From NCBI RefSeq assembly GCF_001194135.2, contig NC_068990.1, positions 57,887,983 to 57,951,982 of the forward strand: a DNA stretch of 64,000 nt, written 5' to 3'. The DNA is from Octopus bimaculoides (Eukaryota). A program made the translations under genes and the position numbers. Positions 12,231 to 25,619 of the stretch are shown here, in pieces. Each line of letters begins with the position of its first letter. The first letter of the stretch is position 1. The notes under the pieces are model-generated. The model had not been told where the DNA came from. It ran no database searches and was given only the letters and a program-made list of their open reading frames with translations.

Positions 12231-12899
12231 TAAAACATGTATGTATTTATATATGAATGTATGTATATATATATGTATGTGTATGTATATATGTGTGTAT
12301 GTATATACATACACATATATTTATATGTGGTGGTTGTTGTCTACTCCTTATGCATAGTTTGACCGCACAATGTTTTGAAGACACCCATATAGATTGCATA
12401 TCCCATTTGGACCACCAAGAGCTGCATTAGTAAATAGAATGCATGTATGTATATGCATGTATGTATATGCATGTATGTATATGCATGTATGTATATGCAT
12501 ATATTTATAGAATCTAGATTTCAAACCATGTTGAAGTGATTTTACCGTAATTTTTCAAGTAAAGCAAGTTATGTATGTATGTATTCGTGTATGTATTCAT
12601 GCATGTATGTAAGCATATGTAGTCATGTATATATATATGTGTATGCATTATTTATGTATGTTTGTGTGTATGCCTGTATGTGTGTGTACGTGCATGTGTG
12701 TATTTGTCTCCCACGGTAACGTTCCTTTACCTGTCACTGCCTCTAGAGCGAGAGTCTGTTCATGTTACTACAACGTCAACTAGAGAACGTTAAAACAAGT
12801 ATCACCCTTTAAAAGTAATTGCTAGAGTCGATTTCATGTGCTAAAACCCTCCTAATCGGTGCTTCAGCATGGCCGTGTCCATTGACTATACAAGTGAAA

Positions 12900-13400
12900 A
12901 GGAACACACATACACACCGATGCTTATATGTATACGTGCATTCATATATGTGTGCCTGCATGTGTGCCTGCATGTGCGCCTGCATGTGTGCCTCTATATG
13001 TGTATATAAGTTTATATGAAAACACACCAATTCACGCTCACAAACACATACATATATGTGTATATATGTATACATATATATACACACACATATACACACA
13101 TATATATATACATATATATATGTGTGTTTATGTATGCATATATATATATGTATGTGTGTGTATATATTATATGTATACATATATATATGCATGTATATAT
13201 ATGTATATATGTATGTGAGTGTATGTGTTTGTATATATATGCATATATATATATATATAACACACACACATATATATATACATNNNNNNNNNNATATACA
13301 CGCACATATATATAGACACACATACACATAAATATATATATACAAACACACACATATATATAATATATATACACAAACACAAACGCCCAGATACATACAT
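12900..13400. repeat. Compound (TA/CA/TG)n block including three copies of TGTGTGCCTGCA
   Basis: Direct reading. It produces several spurious IYIY ORFs. Confidence 0.9.
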
Positions 13401-15656
13401 ATATTGTGTTAACTTAACTAATTTCAGCCAGTCAGCCGTGGCCATGCTTCAGCAGCTGTAAAATTCCATTTACTAATGGTAAATATGCTCACTTGAAAGA
13501 AATCATTATTTCAGATATCCGATACTGTCCACTTGAATCGAATGATTATATTTCAGAAAATATTCTTAAAACTATAATACCTGCAAACATGATGAATTGG
13601 TTATATTAGCTAGCTTTCTTACCTTCGATTGTTTCTATAGCAACTCTAGTTCTTGTGAACGTGTTAATTTCTTCAACATTCTTTCGCAATTCTTTGTAAT
13701 AATATCAATCATAAATAAGTATTGTCTTCAAATGGCTCGAAAAGTCATTATAGTCGCAGATTTATCGACTGAAGCTGAAATTAATGAAACTGCAGGATTT
13801 CAAGCAATTGAGGGCCTAAACAATGGAAGGTCTACACCAAATTTAGCTCTGCAACTAATTTACCTAACCTTAGCTTTCACTCTATGAAGATCCATTCAAA
13901 ATAATGGGTCATTAAAATACGCTAAATCTTTGCGTAATTACTGTATGCGTCATTTTAGTTTATCTCTCCTTTATTTTCGTTATTCTGGAGTAAAGGTAAG
14001 CTATAATACACTGTTTTCATTCAAAGTAATATGTATTGGTTCATCTAGTTATCATTTACTTAAGACAGATCTAAAATAAATCAATCATCTTTATAATCAC
14101 TCGAAATTTCTGTCTATTTATTAGTTATTTCCTGTTATTCTTTTCTTTACTACTTTACTCTAATCACAAGCTCTTATTTTGCCGGCTTTTGTTCGAGTAA
14201 AGCCTTTCACTTGCCTTGTCTTAAGGTTTGCAACAGTTCAAACAAGGCATGACATGTAAAACTTTAACCACATTTGAGTTCTTCCGTCTTTCAAAACAGC
14301 AGTCATAGCGCTGTCTAGTTTATATTAAGTAATTGCGATTTTGTAGTTAATAAAGAGTGAGATTATAAAGGAAGCGATGAGTAAATGAAAGGAAAAACAA
14401 AAGAGATGAAAATGAATTCGATGGTTGCTTAGGAGATCAAAGCAACAAGAATCAATCTGACAGGAAATATTAATTACTTGTTGACAATTGATGACACTGT
14501 AATAACATTCATGTTCGAATTCATTTTAGTTCGACATAAAAATAAAGTAAAAGTCATCTGCTCTCTTAAAGACGTGAAGTAGAGGAGTATTTGTACTACT
14601 ATTATATATAATGCTTTAGCCCATAAAATTAATAATTGTTTTACCATATTCTGTGAATTACCTTTTGAGTATTGTGTATGTTAATTGCACACAATAATGG
14701 AGAGTTTCAGAAGCAACAATTTTAGAGCATTTATATTGATCCCTGTGGATTTTGATTTTCTAATTTGCTTAGGTCGTCTTTTCTGATCATTATTACAGAG
14801 AGGGGCGAGACATTTCGTACTAGTAATTTATAGAAGTTATTCACTCGACTAAAACAAAATGATTCCCCCAACCCCGCTAAAAACAAAGGAATATGAGTCT
14901 ATGTATGAAAAAACTAGTAATTACCAAGGCAAAACATAGAAATATTTTAGTAAATTTGTTAATGTATGTAGACAAATTGTTTATAGTTAATCTCGATATT
15001 GAGCTCTAGTCCAAAGAAATCATACACCAAGTCTCATTTGGGAGATTTGCGTTCTATTTCTAACAAAATTCAGTAACAACGTACAAGCTTACAAGCAGCA
15101 TTCTTAAAGGACTGTAACTTAGAATGAAACTTAAGGGATATTTTTTGCGTGCATGTAGGATATTTTTTGCATGCGGACTATGTAGGAATCGTAAAGTTCG
15201 TAACCTTTTCAATATTGCTAATACATTTAAAGTCTTGTTATTTCATTTGCATTTACACATTTTATGGTTATATATAACTTATCGACGAAAAAGCTTATTC
15301 CTTTTTTAGTTATGAGGTGTAGTACCTATGACCTTTTAAAGGGTCACGACTAACACACTATTTTAAGTGCAATGCATTTCTTCTGTTTCGTAAAAAATAT
15401 CGTTTTGTTTTTTAACTTTATTTATTTATTTATTTCAAGATGACAGAGTGTGATTTGAGAGGGATGATCCTGTTGGTTTCTTTCTAACCGAAAGAATACT
15501 AACAATTAGATTGGCCTCATACACGCTACTTCGTGGATACGAAATAAAAAAAAAACCTCCTATTTTCCTTTTATATGAGCAGTCGAACAAATGAGGAAAC
15601 AAAACAAGAAACTTAAAGGGCTTCTAATTTTGAGTACCGTACACATTTTAGGTATG

Positions 15657-15705
<49 letters not shown>

Positions 15706-17046
15706 CTTTATACATACACATACATACATTAGTATCTGGTAACCATATTTTTAACCAAGCATGTCTAATCTGAATCTGTTAGTGGGTGGCTATTAAATCA
15801 TATACACTAATCCTGAAGATCTATAAGGTATAGTAGCCAGTATATCTTGTTGATTCTATTAACAAGGAAAGGATGGTGCCGTTATATGTTTAATATAGAA
15901 GCCGATTCTACGTCAAATTGCATGATATTATGTTAAAAATAACAATGAAAATTTTAATAGATTCTCATATTCGCAATGTCTGAAAAAATGTGACACAAAG
16001 TCATGGTTTAAATACCTTTAATGCTGAGATGGAGAAAATATAACAAGAATAAGACACACCGGATGATTTATTTAGCATGAAGACAGAGAACAAGCAATAA
16101 ATAACCATTTCACAAAAATTATATGGCAATTTACGTCACAGTTACTACCTACATCAACGATTGTGCTTCACAGTGCAATAGATATAATACATTGAGATCA
16201 GCTAAATGTTGAATACGCGTATTTCAGAAAGTGCTTAAATCTGTGAACTTTCCTTGTGATGATTAAATAGTGACTAGACGATGTAGCTTAATTATACTGG
16301 TGACAAAACATAAATTTAAATTAAAATCAAATTATGATATAAAAGAAAACTCGTATTTAAAGCAAAACAATCTGCACATTGTTAACTGTCAACAGTTAAC
16401 AAAACAACTGTAAGTAGATACTCTTGAAAATCATTTTCTGTTAATATAATCTTCTTCGCTCAGTACACATTCAAATATATCTATAACTGGCAAGCTTAAC
16501 TTCAGCGGAGTGGGTTATACGTAATGAATTAACACTGCATTTCGTTACGCTAACGCCTACCATACGAGCACCAACAATTTGACCTCTTTGAAAGTCCGAT
16601 AGATCTGTTATTTTAATGAATTTCAATTACCTGTTTCTGTTGACGTCTGAAAAAAAACAGGAATTTTAGTAAAACACATTAAGCAGCACTAATAATAAAT
16701 CACAAAACATAAGAATAAACAAGCTTTTGAGATTTTATAGATATTTCAAGATTATGATGCTATGATGCTAGGTGTTTCCATTATTTTGTTCAACCTTTGT
16801 TCCACTTCCTCCCTCTACCACTCCTCTCTGCTCACATGTGACTTGTGATCACTTATCTCTTTCTCACTCCAGCCAGCATAAACGCGAGACGAAGCTACTA
16901 TCTCTCCGTCCAGCTTCGTCATATCACTAGCGTTCAATATCCTATCGCGTTTGGCCCTACGGCTTTTTAATATTGTTTTCACTGTCCAATTTTTCCTGTC
17001 TTGGTTTGTGTTTGCTACCTTGGAATCCCTTGTTTAGTGGGTTAAT

Positions 17047-17110
17047 CCGCTACTCAGGAAGAAACTATTCTAAGAGTGCGTCCTGCCCTATCTTCGAAAC
17101 GCGTAGTTTT
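17047..17110 (+). ncRNA. Degenerate Penelope-type hammerhead ribozyme-like motif
   Basis: CTCAGGAAG (17053; one mismatch to CUGANGA) ... CTTC-GAAAC-GCGT-A, with a palindromic ACGCGT helix III. Helix I does not pair well. Confidence 0.3.
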
Positions 17111-17431
17111 AGAATAGAGGCAGCTGATAAAGGAAAATTCCATAAGTGGCTTGTTTGTTTTCCTGTGTTCGTTCTGTTGGCTGTAAACAAAGTCCGTTTT
17201 GTTTTTATGTTCCCGTTCATTTTTCTAATGTCCTGTACCCGAATATGCATCTATATATACATGTAGATGTAGGTATACATGCATATGCTTATATATAATT
17301 TGTTTTATATATACGCACACACACACACACATATATATGAAACTGTCTTTGAAGAGAATTAGCATTATATTTTAAGATTTACTTAAAATCTTTAGGAAAG
17401 TATTTTATATACATTTATATATACATTCATT

Positions 17432-17657
17432 TACTTTCTTTTATTCTTTTACTTGCTCCAATCATTTGGCTGCAGTCATGCTGAAGCACCACCTTTAGTT
17501 GAACCAATCAACCCCAGGACTTATACTCTGTAAGCCTTGTACGTATTCAATCGGTCTCTTTTTACCGAACCGCTAAGTTACGGGGACGTAAACACACCAG
17601 CACAGGTTGTCAAGCGATGGTGGGGTGACAAACAGACACAAATAACAAATACATACA

Positions 17658-17711
<54 letters not shown>

Positions 17712-17862
17712 TACGACGGGCTTCTTTCAGTTTCCCTCTACCAAATCCACTCAGAAAGCATTGGTTAACACGAGACTATAGTAGAATACACTTGCCCAAG
17801 GTGCCGCGCAGTTGGACTGAACCCAGAAACAGGTGGCTAGGAAGCAAGCTTTTACCACACAC
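17432..17862 (-). mobile_element. SINE family A, full length, with internal (TA)n
   Basis: Head, body, microsatellite and 3' module are all present in reverse complement. Confidence 0.9.
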
Positions 17863-17879
17863 ACACTCATATATATATA

Positions 17880-18008
<129 letters not shown>

Positions 18009-18458
18009 GTAGTGTAATGTACATATTATATCAGTGATAAGGCTGCAGGACTGCGACGAAATTGCTTGACAGACAGTTCAATGAAATTTATTGAAATTAA
18101 ATATAACACACTCTGGTTGTTTCAAATGCTGTGTTGACAGATATCATGCTAAACTTGAAGAGAATATCGACCGAGATCAATGAAATCAACTATTTAGTTA
18201 CTGTGTGTGTGTGAGATTCCGACTGACAGATCTAGTTATTCATTAATATATTATGTAGATTCCGATTTCGTTCCTGATATGGTCAAACTTAGTCTTTTTC
18301 GCAATGTATGTTAGTGAGCATCTTGCGCGCATGCTTATCACGTATATATATGAATATATATATATATATATATATATTCAAAGAGAGAGGGAGATAGAGA
18401 GAGAGAGACAGAGAAAGAAAGAGACCTACCTAAGTAAATACACAGACATATATATATG

Positions 18459-18492
<34 letters not shown>

Positions 18493-19299
18493 TCGCACAT
18501 GGATGCAAGCTAACTGACTGATGGTGTTTCACCGGTGTTAACCGCACACACACATAGTGTAAGACACTAAGTATATATTTACACATAAGATTCTCTAAAA
18601 TCTCATTCATAATCACTGTTACATGTGTCACCACCGTAAGTAATATATACGAATCAGTAACCGAGATAACAAAGCTGTCGCACAGAGCTGGTGAAACTAC
18701 AGGGGAGTGGGGAGAGAAAGCATTCAACAAATCGATCAATAAGGAAGTGAACTACAACCAGTGCATTTGTATTCACTGTCGACAAAACATACACATGCAG
18801 AGGAGTATATACAAAATGTAAGTATGCATATATATATATATATGGATACACACACAGACACACTTATATTATACAAGTGTGTATATATATATATATATTC
18901 CCAATTTGTGTGTATGCACTAATATACGGTTTATATATATTTATAAGCACGTATATACTTAAACAAGAATGTTGTTGACAATGTCTTCGGAGTTTCGGCT
19001 AGCTAAGGCATGCCAGTATTTAAATCTTTATGTGTATGCTTCGACGCGAATTTCATAAAGAATATATATATATATATNNNNNNNNNNNNNNNNNNNNNNN
19101 NNNNNNNNNNNNNNNNNNNNNNNNNNNNNNNNNNNNNNNNNNNNNNNNNNNNNNNNNNNNNNNNNNNNNNNNNNNNNNNNNNNNNNNNNNNNNNNNNNNN
19201 NNNNNNNNNNNNNNNNNNNNNNNNNNNNNNNNNNNNNNNNNNNNNNNNNNNNNNNNNNNNNNNNNNNNNNNNNNNNGGTGGTGTCGATCAAAAGGGATC

Positions 19300-19324
19300 A
19301 GATAGATAGATAGATAGATAGATG

Positions 19325-19390
<66 letters not shown>
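19300..19390. repeat. (GATA)n microsatellite
   Basis: Direct reading. Confidence 0.95.
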
Positions 19391-19392
<2 letters not shown>

Positions 19393-21119
19393 TACACGTA
19401 TGACTTTTTGTTTTTCTCATACATATTTGCATGCGCACATGTCCATACACATGCACATCCATAAATATATTTTCGTTGCACAAAATGCATAAATTATGTT
19501 CAACACACATTGTAAAGTATAATTATGTATACACTGCAGTTGCCATGTCCTTCTAATTACATACACATTCCAATTGGCAACATATTTAGAGTCAGAATAA
19601 CTTAAATATTTTTCCGCTATAAATAAACAAATTAATGGCTATAAACATTCTGTTAGAGACTTAATAAAAAATATTCTTTATAGTCGTTTAGAGAATACAT
19701 TAGCGATTTCCTGTATACATTAAACCAGTGTATCTTCAAGACTTCAGTAACTGAAACATATACAGACAAGCCAGTAAACGTCAGAGCCCATACTATGCAC
19801 AACCATTCGCCAACCCAAATCATCATAAAAATAATGTAGTAATAATCATAAAATGTACAATTCGCAACAAGTATAATACAAGAAGTAACGAAGAGAGAAC
19901 CGCAGGGGCAGAATTAAAAATAAAATATGAATAGCCATGACTTTAGTCTATTCATAAAATTGTATCAATTTTTGAAGTTGAATCAAAATATTAGAAAATT
20001 TTATTTGTAAATAGTTAACTTTCTTGACGCAACATATAACTTAAACACTTATAAGTACTGTCCCTTTCGAGAACCAAATGGTAAAACAACATACGTAAAC
20101 AATGGTTTTACAATGAACCTGCATTTATAAAACATCTGAAAGAGAATATTAGTAGAGGAATAGTAAATATATTATCTCGTATGGAAATATCTAATACATT
20201 GCAGATTTATCACGGTCTGTATTCACGGATAAAATGAAGTATATCAACCAAACTGAACACAAATAAAAATATGGCTGCTGGAAAGCAGCTGAATTGTTGC
20301 ATGCTAAAAACACATACGTTAAATCCTTCGTGTATAATATAGTGAGTTGAAAATCATCATTTATCTAAGGTTTTCTCTCCAATCAGTTGACGAAATGTCT
20401 CTTTCGGCTTGTTTAACAATCTGAATTCGTAACAAGTAAAGTATAGAAGTTCAATAAAATCAGACAGTCAAATATCTTGGAAAACAAAATATGAAGTATA
20501 TAGCAGATTTTTTTTCCTTTTAGTTGACAGGTGAAATCAATCGACACTATTTGATTTTATTGCTCTAACAAGTTGCTTTTAAATACAAGATTACTTACTA
20601 TCAGCATCATCTTCCTTTTCCTATGGTTTTATCGGATTTTAAATGCTATTAAAGAGATGTTTTGTTTACTAATTACATGTATAATCTCAATTAACCAGAG
20701 AGTTTTTAACTCACTATATGCATATATGAGACTCTGCTGTTTACAAAGTAAAAAAAAAAAAACCACCTATCAAATACTGAAACAGATTGATCACTCCATT
20801 TGTGTAAATTTATCTTCAAAAACTGTAAGGAGTGTTTTGACACTGTTAAGGGAGCATTTCTGCATTTCACACAGATATCGAGATCTATTTAAGAATAATT
20901 CTGTGAAAACCAAACTACCGTTGCTTAGTCAATAAACGCCGTCAAACTACTAAGATACTACACATTACAAGAACATGTATACGGCAGCAGAAACACAGGG
21001 TTACCATTTTAAGGGACAGTTACAGTTAAGTGGCCTGGGGCAGTTTAAAATTAAGTGTTTTGCTCCAGAACACGTCTCACTCTCAGGTTTAGGACACACA
21101 CACGCACACATATACGCGT

Positions 21120-21385
21120 ATGTATATATGATGGTGCAATGGGAAAAGGGGCAAAACTCAGATCAAAGACTGGTACAACCGCTTCAAACATGACCGTACT
21201 ACAGTGGAGATCGAGGCATGCTCAGACATGCCAAATACAAGCCGAAATGGGGAGCCAATTGAGACGTTTCGATGAATATTCATGGAAGACCGTCATGTAA
21301 CAATCCAGGGAACTGCTCACGAGGTGGAGATAAGCACAGGATCAGTGCATTCTATTTTAACGGAGGATTTGTTCATGCGTTCGTT
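21120..21385 (+). mobile_element. mariner transposase N-terminal (HTH) pseudogene fragment
   Basis: Translation QIKDWYNRFKHDRTTVEIEACSDMPNTSRNGEPIETFR*IFMEDRHVTIQGTAHEVEISTGSVHSILTEDLFMR matches the mariner pattern W..RF..GR.S.E...RSGRP.TS...IV.EDRR.T...IA.EV.IS.GSV..IL..L.M. It contains an in-frame stop. Confidence 0.85.
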
Positions 21386-23486
21386 ATGAACATCTTTGGA
21401 TCTTCACAGTAACTTTTGTTATATCGTAACAAATCTCACATAATTTCAAATACAAAAAAATTAATAAAATGTTTAATGATATCTTAATTTATTCAAATTT
21501 GAAATTTTTGATTAAAAAATACAATGTCTGATAAAACAATTCCTTTTTTTGTTGTTTTTGTCCTTTGAACGAATCATACCACGCTATATAGTGTAATACA
21601 ACATTTCAGTTTAATCCTTTAGGTAAACGAACGGACTGTAAAGAAGTACTTCTATTTGTAGCATTATAAATTTCTTGCTTTAGTATCCAAGTGTAAATCC
21701 ACCCGCCCAACTAAAAAAGAAAAAAGAATATTGATATTAGAAGATTGCATATGTTTCGCAAATTAGCTTTATTGAGAATTTTCTAAATTTATGTACTTTT
21801 AGTATTTACAGAACTAATTTACCAAAATTAGCAAAATCTTGTATCTAGCCCTAAAGATAACTGTAGACAAATAAGTTCAATACATTTATAAGATCCAGTT
21901 CTCAAGAAAATATCATATATTCTTCTTCCAACAGTGATATTACAAACATTGCTTTCAAACAAACTTTTGAACAGAATATACCATAATAGTTCTTTTCTGC
22001 TGAGTATAGAATCAACAAAAGTCTAATTTCGTTATTAGATAATTGGATTAATATGTTTCTATTTTATCTCTTCATATTTTGTCTATATATCCATGGGCTG
22101 GTGTTAAAAATTAGGAATATTTGAGGAAAATCTTTCCCAGACACAAACCGAATGTATGATAAGTATAGGATTAAATAAGGAGATGGTAAAATGATGTATA
22201 CGAACGATAAAAGAGTTAACTGAAGAAAGAAAATCTGATTACTTGAAAATGTTTGGCTAAGTTAGTAATTGCACAAACAGATGAGGCACTTTGTTCAATC
22301 GATTCTCTGGTTCGGATCAATATCATGTATAAAACGTAATATGGCAGTTTGATAAATTGATAAGACGCTAATAAAAAGAGCATAGGACATTCAATATTCT
22401 GTATTTACCAGAAAGACACTGACAATATATGTCTAGCGGGATGGAGATTTTAGACAATACAATGACAGAAAACGAAGATACCAGTGAAAGATTGTCACCT
22501 TGTTGAAAACACGAGGAAAATGCAAGTGAAAAAATTAAAGGATAATTACATTACAGGAGGTAATAAATGAAAGAGGTGTTACAGAAGATCAAGACGATTG
22601 GGAACAAGACTTTACGTTTAAACACATCTTAAAAAGGTATGCGATTGAAACAGTATATATATATATATATATATAGATATATATANNNNNNNNNNNNNNN
22701 NNNNNNNNNNNNNNNNNNNNNNNNNNNNNNNNNNNNNNNNNNNNNNNNNNNNNNNNNNNNNNNNNNNNNNNNNNNNNNNNNNNNNNNNNNNNNNNNNNNN
22801 NNNNNNNNNNNNNNNNNNNNNNNNNNNNNNNNNNNNNNNNNNNNNNNNNNNNNNNNNNNNNNNNNNNNNNNNNNNNNNNNNNNNNNNNNNNNNNNNNNNN
22901 NNNNNNNNNNNNNNNNNNNNNNNNNNNNNNNNNNNNNNNNNNNNNNNNNNNNNNNNNNNNNNNNNNNNNNNNNNNNNNNNNNNNNNNNNNNNNNNNNNNN
23001 NNNNNNNNNNNNNNNNNNNNNNNNNNNNNNNNNNNNNNNNNNNNNNNNNNNNNNNNNNNNNNNNNNNNNNNNNNNNNNNNNNNNNNNNNNNNNNNNNNNN
23101 NNNNNNNNNNNNNNNNNNNNNNNNNNNNNNNNNNNNNNNNNNNNNNNNNNNNNNNNNNNNNNNNNNNNNNNNNNNNNNNNNNNNNNNNNNNNNNNNNNNN
23201 NNNNNNNNNNNNNNNNNNNNNNNNNNNNNNNNNNNNNNNNNNNNNNNNNNNNNNNNNNNNNNNNNNNNNNNNNNNNNNNNNNNNNNNNNNNNNNNNNNNN
23301 NNNNNNNATCATAAATATACAGGGATTAGCAGGAGCTGCTTCTCCAACATACTGAGAATTCAGAAATAGCAGTCAAAGAACTACTGATTCCAAACTACAA
23401 ATTTTCTCTCTAACGGATGGCGATATTTATGGCACACACAGAACAAAAAACAGAAGAGAAGAGTAAAAACAAACCTGCCTTTAGTT

Positions 23487-23548
23487 AATTGGGTACGACG
23501 TTTCACGGTTAAGGGTATGAAGTTACCCAATTCCAATCTTCAGCCTCG
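23487..23548 (-). ncRNA. Penelope-type minimal hammerhead ribozyme-like motif
   Basis: The minus strand reads CTGAAGA (23543-23537), a hairpin containing GGGTA/TACCC, then GAAAC-GTC (23504-23497): an intact catalytic core with an ACGU zero-loop helix III and a GUC site. Helix I is not evident. Confidence 0.45.
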
Positions 23549-23751
23549 ATATTCGAATAAATTTGCAAGTGTCTAATAACTCATGTGAATTTTGACCATG
23601 CGACATCAAGACCACGTGAAGCAGACACTAAGAAATTTATCGGCTAGTGATTATAAATGGTTTTACCGATAAAGGATTTTCATACTGAGCTACTCGGCAA
23701 AATTGTTAATTATTAATTTTATTACTAATTGACGATTCCCTGCCCTATATA

Positions 23752-23786
<35 letters not shown>

Positions 23787-23900
23787 TTCACTTTTCCATT
23801 AAGGTAAGATCAACTACAAAAATTTCTACATCCGATGGGAGATAAATATTGTTTAATGTACAGATATGAGCTACTGATAGTTACATATACTGAAGATATT

Positions 23901-24116
23901 CTTTTCTACTCTAGGCACAAGGCCCGAAATTTTGGGAGAGGGGCTAGTCGATCAGATCGACTCCAGTACGCAACTGGTACTTAATTTATCGTCCCTGAAG
24001 GGATGAAAGGCAAAGTCGACGTCGGCGGAATTTGAACTCAGAATGTAAAGACCGACGAAATACCGCTAAACATTTCGCCCGGTGTGCTATCGTTTCTGCC
24101 AACTCGCCACCTTACT
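23901..24116 (-). mobile_element. SINE family B with TSD
   Basis: Full head, core and tail in reverse complement. TSD TATA(C/T)TGAAGATATT at 23886-23900 and 24117-24131. Confidence 0.92.
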
Positions 24117-24139
24117 TATATTGAAGATATTATCTCGGT

Positions 24140-25077
24140 GAGTTTTAATATCGCAGCTAGTGTCTCCAAGCAGTCTTAGGGCTGTGAGCACTTGGCAATT
24201 AAAAGTTAAAAAGTTAGGACAATAGAGCAAGAGAAATCATGAGAAAAAAAACGAGAGGATGCAAATGTAGGAGGTGAAAGAAACTGAAAAAAGGAAAACG
24301 AATTCGAGTTATGTCCCCTTTAACCGTAAAGTCATAAAGCTAGTGGATATAGAATGAACAGAAGGGGTCTGAACTCTGCAATACAGATGCTGAATCCGGA
24401 GAAGGTGGTGTTCTCCAATTCGCCTAACGAAATTTGTTTGCATTTGCCTGATCTGGAATTCTGCAGTCCGGTGAAACTCTCAAATCTAGAAAGGGTATGT
24501 GATCTTTCAGCGACGCATAACCTGCATTTTTTTAGATCCATTAACATATGTTACTGAATTTCCTATGATTTTCCTCTTGAATGTATGCGCCGTGGTGTTA
24601 GTTTTTAAGCCCCATACGTGACTAGCGAACTTAGCTTTACTTTTGTTCCTGTGCCGGACAGAAGATAGGTGGCTAGCATAGCGTCTTTTGAAGTTGCCTT
24701 CACATAACCCGATGTAATTCTTCTTTTCAATTAGGTTATCATGTAGCATTGCTATCACTTCTGCCTCATATACGACGAAGTTTATCATGCACGTTTGGTG
24801 AAGTGGGCAAGCTACAGAACCTCGATAGTTACACTTGCAGTAGGCACTTAGTGGTGTTTACGAGTAATGACGCTTCTCATACTGGAGCAGCAGCTATACG
24901 ATAATGTGATTGAGCGTCTGTTAAAGATCATTCTGCACTTGTGATTTTCTAGGAAATGCTTATCTAAAAGAGATTTCTCATGATTTTTCTTGTTCTAGTG
25001 TCCTCATTTTTAGCTTGTATAGGCCACGTGCTCAGAGCCCGCAGATTGCTTGGAGACACTAGGCGATTTATTAGAAC
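24140..25077 (-). mobile_element. Penelope-like element 3' fragment (linker and GIY-YIG endonuclease) bracketed by an inverted pLTR-like repeat
   Basis: Minus-strand translation of about 24970-24332: LLDKHFLENHKCRMIFNRRSITLSYSCCSSM...CKCNYRGSVACPLHQTCMINFVVYEAEV...KKNYIGLCEGNFKRRYASH...FASHVWGLK...NGSKKCRLC (frameshifted). About 105-bp imperfect inverted repeats lie at 24140-24246 and 24974-25077. Confidence 0.88.
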
Positions 25078-25143
25078 CTGCCTAGAAAACATATTCACTG
25101 TGTGAAACTATTAATAGCTCATAAGTATATGCCGTGTCCATTA

Positions 25144-25199
<56 letters not shown>

Positions 25200-25619
25200 A
25201 GGTTTACTTTGGTTTTTATTTCTTGGCGATTGATATTGAGCATTTGAACATATCAGTAATATACTGAGATCGTTTTCATCAACGGACGGCTGGCTCACCG
25301 AAACCTTCTTTTAGAAAGACAGTATCAGTAAGAAACCATTTTGAGATGGTAATAATATTCAGAGGTAAGAAAAGTATGAAAGCATGTAGGAAAGCATGTA
25401 AGTGATAAAAACGCCCCTAAATAGGGTGAAATGTATAAAGGGTTCATTTATGGTTGACGCACTTTCGCTATAAACTATTACTGAAAATGAATACGAAGAC
25501 TAACAGTGATTAGTCACTAAAACGAACTGTGAGTTATAGTAAACGACTGACAGCAGCAATATAAATACAAAGCTTCATAAAATCGCTTGTAATAACAAAT
25601 GTTGAAATGTTGGGATAAC

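Noticed and set aside
16379-16402. Perfect hairpin TTGTTAACTG-TCAA-CAGTTAACAA
   Set aside because: An isolated 10-bp stem in AT-rich DNA with no context; compatible with chance.
19655-19915. Hydrophobic stop-free minus frame of about 84 codons, resembling a membrane protein
   Set aside because: Expected from a T-rich strand; it has no splice sites or family motifs.
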